This document shows positions 1 through 6,969 of a DNA stretch of 52,129 nucleotides, one piece after another; the first letter of the stretch is position 1, and every line of letters starts with the position of its first letter. The translations under genes were made by a program, and so were the position numbers. Under the pieces are notes generated by a model, which worked only from the letters and a program-made list of their open reading frames with translations, made no database searches and was not told the DNA's origin. The stretch covers positions 1 to 52,129 of IMG/VR virus record IMGVR_UViG_3300046330_000118, one strand, 5' to 3'. Origin of the DNA: a virus. Lineage: Duplodnaviria; Caudoviricetes.

Positions 1-123
1 TTTTGTTGGCTTTCGGGATGTTAGCGCTAACAGCCACATGGCTAAGAACACCACCCGATATTTTCGATATCTGGCGATTTGAAAATAAATCATAGTTTGC
101 GAGATCTTTGGCCTTCTCAATTA
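1..123. repeat. Terminal direct repeat / assembly circularisation overlap (copy 1)
   Basis: 1-123 matches 52007-52129 except C113 vs T52119; an ORF reads through the junction. Confidence 0.95.
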
Positions 124-208
124 GCGCCTCCTTCCTGATAAGTTCTGCATTATCTCTAATCCAAATTGCTTCATGTATTGCGAATAGTCTGTCTGATTGT
201 TTACGCAT
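1..208 (-). CDS. 5' part of a 133-aa putative HTH DNA-binding protein spanning the circular junction (continues 52006->51813)
   Basis: ATG at 208 overlaps the primase stop (TAATG). Frame MRKQSDRLFAIHEAIWIRDN...FSNRQISKISGG is open into 51813..52043. HTH-like segments SNRQISKISG and SQGMISRLTGLSQSRISR. Confidence 0.75.
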   Translation of the reverse strand, partial: MRKQSDRLFAIHEAIWIRDNAELIRKEALIEKAKDLANYDLFSNRQISKISGGVLSHVAVSANIPKANK

Positions 209-2403
209 TAGTTAATCAACTCCAAGAATGTCTTGTGGCCTTCAACAAACACGTTAAGTCTGGCCTGTGAACGAAGTGCATCAACCATCTCGTCAAACTC
301 TCGCTTGCGCTTGTTGTTGAACTTCTTGTAAGCCTCTTCGTATCGCATCTTGCCACCACGCTGTAGGATTACAGCCTCAAGGCTATCAACGTCACGTTGC
401 CACTCCGAAGCGGAGATTGCACCAGCCATGCGCACAAGGTTCTTAAACCAGCCTTCTGCGTAGTGGATTGCGATAAGCAAGTGCTTTGACTCAACCTTTT
501 CTGAGCGGTCGTACATTGCAAGTAGAACTGCAATCTTCCACACAGATAGGGCTAGACGCTGGCGAGACGGCTCGATAGACTCCTCGTTAGGGTGTCCATG
601 AGTGTAGTCACCCATCTCCCACTTGAAGCGGTTGAAGCGCTCTAGCGCCTCGTCCGACAAGAAGATTGGTCGAGGGAACGGTGCACCTTTACGTCGCCAC
701 CATGAGGCGGTTCCGAATAGGCTTGCAACCAGCCTGTCCATCTCTTCGTCACGAACCATAACCTCTTGCTCACTGGCCTGTGCCAAGTCCTCGCTTTCAC
801 GAGTTCTCTCAGGTGCGTCAGCAACAACGTAAATGAATCGAGCCAAGAATCCTGAACGGAAGTAGTCGATTGTCAGAACTTCTGCAACCTTGCTTGTGAT
901 ACCCATCAAGTACATCAAGAAGTTAGTCTCGGCTCGTTCGGTCTGAACAGCCTTGACACCGCTTGAAGCGCCTGTCGAGCGAAGCATTACAGGAACTTTA
1001 CCATCGTAGAGTTCTGTGTACTGGTCAGCAGCAGCAGCCATGTAAGTCTTGGTTACAAACTCCTTGAACAGACCCTGAACCTCGTCTCGGTGGAACAGTG
1101 AGGTCATCTTGTCTCGACCTGCAAGGTGCTTGACAAGTGCTTCACCGGTCGCGTTAGAGCCGATGTCGATCTGGTAGCCTGCGTGGTTCTCGTATGCTGT
1201 AATCATTCGTAGCATGAGGCTACGGCTTGTTGACTTACGGCTACGAGTTGTCTCACCAAGTAGCATGAACCAGAGGTTTAGTCCCATTCTGCCGTATTTT
1301 GGTGCTGCACATCCAATGTCCGAGAATGCAGAAGAGAGAACGGTGAACGCACCAGCGACCTGATACTCAACAGCTCCGTCTGTTTTCTTCCCGGCCCAGT
1401 CGACGTAGGCATCGACAAAGGTTGGCGTTTCCGCAACAATTTTTCGTTCACTCTCGGTGAGGAAATCGATTTTTCTTTCATAGTCTTCTGCCTCGCTTTC
1501 AATAGGCTCAACGGTAATAACGTTTGACGTTACGCTTGCACCGGCACGTTGCACTTCACGCCACAGGTCGCCGTCTGCGTCCATGCGCTTAGGGCGGTCT
1601 GTGCGGTGGTACTTGTTGCACTTTGCATGCTTTGCAATTGTAAACACTTCTTCTGCGGTTAGCCCTTGACGGAACAGTTCCATCTCAAGTTTCCACAGCA
1701 TCTTTGACAGGTCGGCGTTTGGTGTCGGCTCGTCAAGGTATAGCGAGATAATGTCAGAGTTGCTTGAAACCTTTGCAAGCACAGCCATAACCTCAGGGAT
1801 AGCCTCAGGCATTGGTGCGTTTGCAAGTTCAGGCATAGAGTCGACAACTACACCCTTGTAGAGTTCTTCAATCTCTGCGATGGTGTAGATGATTCCGTTG
1901 GTCTCTGCAACAACCGGCTGTGACTCGTCATACTTCAAGTTGCTGGTGTCAGCAACGCGAAGCAACTTGGTCGGGTTCCAACCTGATACGTCGCAACCCT
2001 GGTCTCGGTGTGCGTAAGCAATCTTCTTTGCAAGTAGCGCAACACGCTGTGGGTCTTGCTCTCCGTCAAGCACCCAGTATGCATGCCAGCGGTCCTTAGA
2101 GGTCTCTACAGAGATCGTAGGAGCAATCTTGAAGTTGGCTGGGTTGCAGGTGTCTGCGTCTGCGTAGACGACCGAAACGCTCTTAGCGTTCTCACGAATG
2201 CGTCGCTCTTCGTAGTAAAGGATTGGCGAGAAGTACACGTCCTCAGCCTTGTGCGCCTTGGCGTATTCGGCCATCTCGTCAATTTCATCTGGATACGAGA
2301 AGAACTTTTGCACAGTAGGGACGTTGCGAGCATCCTTAGTTACGATAGTCGCGTATCCAGCGCCGTTGCCTAGCACTGTTTCTAGAAAATCTTTAATCTC
2401 CAT
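208..2403 (-). CDS. Primase-helicase: N-terminal AEP/RepB-like primase(-polymerase) domain plus C-terminal P-loop helicase-like domain
   Basis: VYFSP, YADAD (DxD), VETS..RWHAYW and LLRV motifs of RepB-like primases; C-terminal GETTRSRKST Walker A-like and HRDE Walker B-like; RBS AGAAAGGAGG. Confidence 0.8.
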   Translation of the reverse strand: MEIKDFLETVLGNGAGYATIVTKDARNVPTVQKFFSYPDEIDEMAEYAKAHKAEDVYFSPILYYEERRIRENAKSVSVVYADADTCNPANFKIAPTISVETSKDRWHAYWVLDGEQDPQRVALLAKKIAYAHRDQGCDVSGWNPTKLLRVADTSNLKYDESQPVVAETNGIIYTIAEIEELYKGVVVDSMPELANAPMPEAIPEVMAVLAKVSSNSDIISLYLDEPTPNADLSKMLWKLEMELFRQGLTAEEVFTIAKHAKCNKYHRTDRPKRMDADGDLWREVQRAGASVTSNVITVEPIESEAEDYERKIDFLTESERKIVAETPTFVDAYVDWAGKKTDGAVEYQVAGAFTVLSSAFSDIGCAAPKYGRMGLNLWFMLLGETTRSRKSTSRSLMLRMITAYENHAGYQIDIGSNATGEALVKHLAGRDKMTSLFHRDEVQGLFKEFVTKTYMAAAADQYTELYDGKVPVMLRSTGASSGVKAVQTERAETNFLMYLMGITSKVAEVLTIDYFRSGFLARFIYVVADAPERTRESEDLAQASEQEVMVRDEEMDRLVASLFGTASWWRRKGAPFPRPIFLSDEALERFNRFKWEMGDYTHGHPNEESIEPSRQRLALSVWKIAVLLAMYDRSEKVESKHLLIAIHYAEGWFKNLVRMAGAISASEWQRDVDSLEAVILQRGGKMRYEEAYKKFNNKRKREFDEMVDALRSQARLNVFVEGHKTFLELIN

Positions 2404-2435
2404 GTATCCTCCTTTCTATTTGTTTCTCCCATTTG

Positions 2436-2507
2436 CTGCCCCTGCTGGATTCGAACCAACAACCTTAGAGTTAACAGCTCTCTGCTCTGCCATTGAGCTA
2501 AGGGGCA
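2436..2507 (-). tRNA. tRNA-Asn (GTT), CCA not encoded
   Basis: Acceptor TGCCCCT/AGGGGCA, D arm GCTC-AATGGCA-GAGC, anticodon loop CTGTTAA, T loop TTCGAAT, discriminator G. Confidence 0.95.
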
Positions 2508-2696
2508 AGGTATGATGCGCAGTTGACTAGACTACCATCACAGGCTCTATTCTTCATACACCTCCAAGCGGGAGCACTGTTGTAGGCGCTTTTGTCCTAC
2601 TCAGGGCTGTTGTCTGCCCATCACTCTTTCTTTGGCGAGCGAGTCCACCATCTAGCATTTCGGCACTAGCACCTAACATGAGGAGTCACCCTCATC
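2508..2696 (-). ncRNA. Candidate structured ncRNA (chain of hairpins) between the tRNA-like element and tRNA-Asn
   Basis: Consecutive stems ATGAGG/CCTCAT, CTAGTG/TGCTAG, TCGCTC/GAGTGA, GGGC/GCCC, GTAGG/CCTAC, CTCC/GGAG, TGATG-GTAGT/ACTGC-CATCA; no convincing ORF. Confidence 0.5.
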
Positions 2697-2766
2697 GTGC
2701 CCCGGTCAAGAATCGAACTTGACTGCGCCAGAAAGGAGAGAAACGGGGCGCAACGCCAGTGGGGGC
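2697..2766 (-). ncRNA. tRNA-like RNA lacking a D stem, with an anti-SD pyrimidine loop instead of an anticodon loop
   Basis: T arm GTCAAG-TTCGATT-CTTGAC, acceptor-like GCCCC/GGGGC-A, stem TGCGCC/GGCGCA enclosing CCGTTTCTCTCCTTTCT. Confidence 0.6.
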
Positions 2767-2770
2767 TTGT

Positions 2771-2799
2771 GGGGTAGTTTTAAGTCATACCCCAGGACT
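2771..2799 (-). ncRNA. Compact H-type pseudoknot just 3' of the SSB-like gene
   Basis: AGTC-CT-GGGGTA-T-GACT-TAAAAC-TACCCC: S1 AGTC/GACT, S2 GGGGTA/TACCCC. Confidence 0.55.
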
Positions 2800-2810
2800 G
2801 CCCATTTAGA

Positions 2811-3284
2811 TTATGAAACCCAAATTTCGCTAGCCGACTTTACGTTGATTGGCTCAGCAAGCGATGAAGCAGTTGCAGTGCCAGCCTTGACGAAGCCTGC
2901 AACGTTGTTGTCTTCTCCGCCGTTCTGACCAGGAACAACGGTAACCTTTACGGCCACTGCCTTACCAGCCAACTCGTTTGGAGTCGGGACGGTGAACGAG
3001 CCTTCGCTCATGTCGTAGCCCAGAGCCGAGAAGAACGCCTGAGACTTCCAGAAGGCCTTGCCGGTGTATAGGGGGACGTAGGTGAAGATGCGACGGTTCT
3101 CAGCCTTGCCGTCCGAGATGCGGAACTGCAACTTGTACTGAGGCTTGCCGGCGTTCTCGCCTGACTTGACCTCGGTCAACTCGGCGTTGAAGACGGTTGC
3201 GTTGTAGGTTCCGGCAGGGATTGGTGCGTAGTCGCTGTTCTGCTGTAGGTCAGCAGGTGATAGATTGATTGTTAGGTTTGACAT
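2811..3284 (-). CDS. DUF669-like single-stranded DNA-binding protein
   Basis: PIPAGTYNATV...VKSG.NAGKPQYKLQFRI...ELAGKAVAVKV pattern; directly downstream of the AAA ATPase as in Sak4-SSB modules. Confidence 0.75.
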   Translation of the reverse strand: MSNLTINLSPADLQQNSDYAPIPAGTYNATVFNAELTEVKSGENAGKPQYKLQFRISDGKAENRRIFTYVPLYTGKAFWKSQAFFSALGYDMSEGSFTVPTPNELAGKAVAVKVTVVPGQNGGEDNNVAGFVKAGTATASSLAEPINVKSASEIWVS

Positions 3285-3288
3285 AAGT

Positions 3289-4017
3289 CTAGTTTCCTCC
3301 TAGTTTGTTGATGCCGTCAATGATTTTCTTGATGCTTGGGCCGTACAGCTTTGCTGGCAGTCCGAAGCGGTTTCCAGATACGAGACGCTCTGAAGACTGC
3401 AAGTTTAGCACACGATGTACAACTCCTGCTTCGTCAGTTTCTGCGCCCATGTATCCGATAATGTCAGGGATAGCTGGAAGCGTGTTCTTCGCTGACCCCG
3501 GCAACATTGGCACAGTCTTAACTGCACCAGTCTGGTCGTCCTTGTCGTCCTGAGCGTGTGCTACGAGGATTGATAGGAACGGAGCGGCGTGAAGTTTGCG
3601 GGCCAATAGGTTGATCCACTCCTTCAAGTCACCCCACTTACCGAACTTGTTGTTGCGGTTCTCTGGTTTCTCTCCAAAGAATTTCTCTGCCCGGTCCATC
3701 GCAACGCCGAGCGTGTCGATGATAACGGTCTTGTACTTGTGAGGCTGGTCGAGTAGCGCAGTAACTACGCTGTCGAACTTCTCGTGAGTGTCAACCTCAA
3801 CCACGTCGACATCTTTCCAGTCACGTGCAATTGCGGATGAGCCACCCTCGGTGTCAATTACTAGAACTGGTGAGAGTTCCTTGACTTCAGCGGCTGATGC
3901 AGCAAACCAAGACTTACCACGCTTTGGGTCGCCGTAGACCAGGATGGTCTTTGGCGTGTTTAGTTTGTCTGCTTTTGTAATGAACTGCTCAAAGGGCAGT
4001 TTTGGGAAATCGCTCAT
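3289..4017 (-). CDS. AAA-family ATPase (Sak4-like recombination/annealing protein)
   Basis: Walker A YGDPKRGKS, IDTEGG, Walker B VIIDT, DIIGYM. Confidence 0.85.
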   Translation of the reverse strand: MSDFPKLPFEQFITKADKLNTPKTILVYGDPKRGKSWFAASAAEVKELSPVLVIDTEGGSSAIARDWKDVDVVEVDTHEKFDSVVTALLDQPHKYKTVIIDTLGVAMDRAEKFFGEKPENRNNKFGKWGDLKEWINLLARKLHAAPFLSILVAHAQDDKDDQTGAVKTVPMLPGSAKNTLPAIPDIIGYMGAETDEAGVVHRVLNLQSSERLVSGNRFGLPAKLYGPSIKKIIDGINKLGGN

Positions 4018-4045
4018 TTTGTTTTCTCCTCCTTAAGAGATATTC

Positions 4046-4074
4046 AGTATAACATATTCAATTCTACTTGTCAA
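4046..4074 (-). promoter_or_regulatory. Sigma70/SigA-type promoter
   Basis: TTGACA-17 bp-TATACT; the spacer contains the repeated TTGAATATGTT motif. Confidence 0.85.
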
Positions 4075-4303
4075 GCGCTTTTTCAAGTTTCTTCAAATTG
4101 TTTGCAAATGCCATCATCTTTACGAAACGATACAGTCCAAACGTAATCATAATCGATACGATCGATAGCATAATCCACTTGAGTGCTTCTGAGTCGCTTT
4201 CCTTTGCGCCCCACAGCAGGATTACTGAGAAGCAGATGCGATAGATTAGCGCCATGCTTGATGCCAGTCGGACGGTTGTCTTGTTTACGTTTATGTTATT
4301 CAT
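4064..4303 (-). CDS. Small membrane protein (2 TM)
   Basis: Two hydrophobic stretches; start coupled to the upstream stop. Confidence 0.7.
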   Translation of the reverse strand: MNNINVNKTTVRLASSMALIYRICFSVILLWGAKESDSEALKWIMLSIVSIMITFGLYRFVKMMAFANNLKKLEKALDK

Positions 4304-5025
4304 TAGGCCTCCAAAACCTTGCAGTCGAAGCAGTGCTCTTCACGCTGGAACTCTTCGATATCTTTACCGGACTGAACCTCAGCCCAGATTCTTGCTAATC
4401 TGTCCCACATTGATTGTGCGAATGCTTCGTCATAAGGGAATGTCCAAGTCCACACGTCAGGGTCGTACGTGCCATCTCGGTTGATGAACACAAGAGAACA
4501 CGCATCGATCTCAGTGCCACCCTTGTTCAAGCCCCATGCGTAAATCTGCGCCTGCGCAAAGTATCGCTTGAGGGTGTAGGTTGACTCAGCGGCAACCTTA
4601 GTGTCCCTGGCCTCGCCTAGCACAACGGACTGCAACTGGCGTGACTTCTCACGCTTCGATGTCTTCCAGTCAACAAGGTGCTTGCCCTCAACTAGGGCCA
4701 GGTCTGGCTTTGACTTGATTGTACCGTAGCCGTCAAGTTCGCCCAGTACGATTGTCTGCTCAACACGAGCAGATGCAAACTCTGGAAACTCATCAAGGTC
4801 GACTGTCTCGATACGCGCCTCTAGGAACTCATGGATTGCAGTTCCTACCTTAGCGCCCATCCAGTATTTAAACTCGCCTGACGGCAGGCCTAGCAACTTC
4901 TTGGCTAAGTGGAACTCGCATGGGTCAGAGAAGTCTGATGCTCCTACTTTGCGTTGCGAGTCTCTTGCGGACTTTTGCTTGAAAAGCCCAAGCGCCATGT
5001 CCCTGATTCGTGAATCCGGAATCAT
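4303..5025 (-). CDS. PD-(D/E)XK (Cas4/RecB-like) exonuclease
   Basis: GTAIH, PD...DWKT, QAQIYAWG and C-terminal HCFDC. Confidence 0.85.
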   Translation of the reverse strand: MIPDSRIRDMALGLFKQKSARDSQRKVGASDFSDPCEFHLAKKLLGLPSGEFKYWMGAKVGTAIHEFLEARIETVDLDEFPEFASARVEQTIVLGELDGYGTIKSKPDLALVEGKHLVDWKTSKREKSRQLQSVVLGEARDTKVAAESTYTLKRYFAQAQIYAWGLNKGGTEIDACSLVFINRDGTYDPDVWTWTFPYDEAFAQSMWDRLARIWAEVQSGKDIEEFQREEHCFDCKVLEA

Positions 5026-5046
5026 TTTCTCTCCTTTAAATGTGTA

Positions 5047-5388
5047 TTAGAACAGTGTATCTGGTTTTCTGGAAAAGTCAATACCGCCCCACACTCCATA
5101 CTGCTCCTCGTTTGCAACAGCAAAGTCGTAGCACTGCTTTAGTATTGGGCAACCATAGCACAAGGCTTCGCAGTCGTCCTCGGTGAGGGCTGAGCGCCCA
5201 GGTCCGTTGCCACTGCGAGCCTCAAAACCCAGACCGTCATAGTCGGTATAAAAGTATGGGTTATACAGGCATGGGTAGTATGGTTCTTTCTCGATTGCCG
5301 AGAACAACGCTCGCCACTTCCCCATAGCCTCCGGCTTTATGCCGAAGTGCAATGGGTCGGTAGTCATAATGGTTCCGTCTCCGGCCAT
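5047..5388 (-). CDS. whiB: WhiB-family transcription factor
   Basis: C...CYGC-PILKQC and GVWGG signature. Confidence 0.9.
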   Translation of the reverse strand: MAGDGTIMTTDPLHFGIKPEAMGKWRALFSAIEKEPYYPCLYNPYFYTDYDGLGFEARSGNGPGRSALTEDDCEALCYGCPILKQCYDFAVANEEQYGVWGGIDFSRKPDTLF

Positions 5389-5930
5389 TACTCGGCTTCC
5401 TTTGCAAACGCTAGACGCGTAATCTCTTCAGAAGCCAGTAGAACAGCAATAGGGGCACTGGCGGTAATAATAACACCCATCCAAACTCGGTAGTCAGAAG
5501 AAGTCCCATCCCAGTAAGCAAGAGTGTGGCTTGCATTAGCCACAACAGAAATGATCGCAAACCCCGATAGTCCAAGTGTCGTCCTCCAAGTAGATTCACC
5601 GCGAGCCTTGAACACAATCAGCGAGACTGTATAGGCCAAGATTGCAGCGTCGATGAATAGTGCCGGTAGCCATTGGATAACCTTTGGGATTCCAGTCCAC
5701 TCTGAGACAGAGTAGATACCACTGAATGATACAGCGAATGATGAGACCATTAGTATGCCCACCAGCACAACAGCGAGTAGCAGAACCGGTATAGAGTCTG
5801 GGTTGATTCGAGCCTTCTTTACAGCAGGCTTTTCTTCCTTTACGATAATCTCTTCTAGCATCTCTTCCTCTGTGAACTGGTGCTTAATTGGGTTGTAGAT
5901 AGGTTCAAACCCGACCACTTCATTCCTCAT
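5388..5930 (-). CDS. DUF2637-like multi-pass membrane protein
   Basis: SFAVSF...WLPALFIDAAIL...SVVANASH...APIAVLL pattern, about 4 TM segments. Confidence 0.7.
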   Translation of the reverse strand: MRNEVVGFEPIYNPIKHQFTEEEMLEEIIVKEEKPAVKKARINPDSIPVLLLAVVLVGILMVSSFAVSFSGIYSVSEWTGIPKVIQWLPALFIDAAILAYTVSLIVFKARGESTWRTTLGLSGFAIISVVANASHTLAYWDGTSSDYRVWMGVIITASAPIAVLLASEEITRLAFAKEAE

Positions 5931-6201
5931 TCCTCAAAATTCCTAACAGTTTATTCACCATCTCTGGCTCCCACAGTGTGCCTTTGTTGTATTGCTCAAT
6001 CATTGCAATCGCCTTTTCAACGCCTTGCTTGCGCTTTTCGTTCTCGATGTGCTGTGCATACTCTAGAGGCGAGAACAGCGGTGGGCTCATCCTATTCTCG
6101 ACCACCCAACTATTGTAGTCCTGAATAAGACTAATGTCAATGGTTGTCGAGAATTCAATCATCTCGCCAGTTCGTGGGTCTACAATTTCGTAATCGCTCA
6201 C
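5920..6201 (-). CDS. Hypothetical protein
   Basis: Coupled ORF in the leftward operon; VDPRTGE motif. Confidence 0.75.
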   Translation of the reverse strand: MSDYEIVDPRTGEMIEFSTTIDISLIQDYNSWVVENRMSPPLFSPLEYAQHIENEKRKQGVEKAIAMIEQYNKGTLWEPEMVNKLLGILRNEE

Positions 6202-6446
6202 TTGTGGTTCTCTCCTAGTAGGAATGAGTGGAGCGACTTAATCTTGTCGATGCGGAAGCCGGACCAAATCTTGATGTCAGTCTCGACGATAGGGGCTTGT
6301 AGCAAACCCTTAGCCTTAAACTCTTCCAACTTGTCTGGGTGCTCTGTTAGGTCGTATGACTCATACTTGATTCCGAGTCGATCGAGTTCCTTCTTTGTCA
6401 TCATACACTGCACACAACTTGGGGTGCTCCACACCTTGATGTCCAT
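6198..6446 (-). CDS. nrdH: NrdH-like glutaredoxin
   Basis: CVQC active site, QAPIV and WSGFR motifs. Confidence 0.9.
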   Translation of the reverse strand: MDIKVWSTPSCVQCMMTKKELDRLGIKYESYDLTEHPDKLEEFKAKGLLQAPIVETDIKIWSGFRIDKIKSLHSFLLGENHK

Positions 6447-6447
6447 A

Positions 6448-6618
6448 TTATTCCTCTACTTGTCCGTATGTGAAAATTTGCTTGTGTAGTTCTCGGTGCA
6501 ACTTGTCCAACTCTTTGCAGGCTTTCCATTGCCCAGCCTCTGTATAAGCAGACTCGGCCGCTTTCATCGAGGTGAAGAGCATTTCAACCTGTTGCCTTGT
6601 TAGTTCAATCTCAACCAT
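6448..6618 (-). CDS. Hypothetical protein (56 aa, not in ORF track)
   Basis: Hand translation MVEIELTRQQVEMLF...YGQVEE*; fills the operon gap. Confidence 0.7.
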   Translation of the reverse strand: MVEIELTRQQVEMLFTSMKAAESAYTEAGQWKACKELDKLHRELHKQIFTYGQVEE

Positions 6619-6695
6619 TGGCCTGCTTCATCTCCTCTAGCAATTCGTCATACGCAATCAATACCTGCACCTCAACTAGTAGTGCTAGTTCTGCT

Positions 6696-6872
6696 TTAGT
6701 CAAAATAAAGTTCCAATTCCATATCTTGCCACGCGTCAAAATCTGCGTCACACCTGCAACCGTGGCTTATGCCACACTCGTCGCAACCGTGGTTCTCACA
6801 GTTGCACTCATCTGCGCAATCGTCTGCCTCACAGCAGTCCGGGGCCCAGACATCCTTAGGTTCTAGTAGCAT
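6696..6872 (-). CDS. Acidic Cys-rich mini-protein (58 aa, not in ORF track)
   Basis: MLLEPKDVWAPDCCEADDCADECNCENHGCDECGISHGCRCDADFDAWQDMELELYFD; strong RBS AAGGAGG. Confidence 0.75.
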   Translation of the reverse strand: MLLEPKDVWAPDCCEADDCADECNCENHGCDECGISHGCRCDADFDAWQDMELELYFD

Positions 6873-6969
6873 TGTCCTCCTTGTGGCAATCGCAATCGCA
6901 GATGTAATTTGGTATCTCTAGTATGCACTGTTTGTGGTGACTTGTCAAGCACCAACCCAGCCTAGCCAA
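6856..6969 (-). CDS. Putative Cys/His-rich mini-protein (37 aa)
   Basis: TTG start overlapping the helicase end: MARLGWCLTSHHKQCILEIPNYICDCDCHKEDNATRT. Confidence 0.5.
   Translation of the reverse strand: MARLGWCLTSHHKQCILEIPNYICDCDCHKEDNATRT
6920..6948 (-). promoter_or_regulatory. Sigma70/SigA-type promoter
   Basis: TTGACA-17 bp-CATACT. Confidence 0.65.

Noticed and set aside
1-123. Physical direct terminal repeat
   Set aside because: Falls mid-gene, far from the terminase region, with a length typical of assembler overlap
2249-2515. 88-aa plus-strand ORF (and 2719-2928)
   Set aside because: Antisense to the primase start, tRNA-Asn, the tRNA-like element and the SSB-like gene; APAGFEPTT is the typical translation of a tRNA reverse strand
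2508-2766. tmRNA (standard or permuted)
   Set aside because: The acceptor end lacks the alanine identity (G3-U70, ..CCACCA), and I found no tag reading frame ending in an ALAA-like sequence
4303-5025. CRISPR-Cas system suggested by the Cas4-like nuclease
   Set aside because: No repeat-spacer array or other cas genes; solo Cas4-like nucleases are common in phage recombination modules
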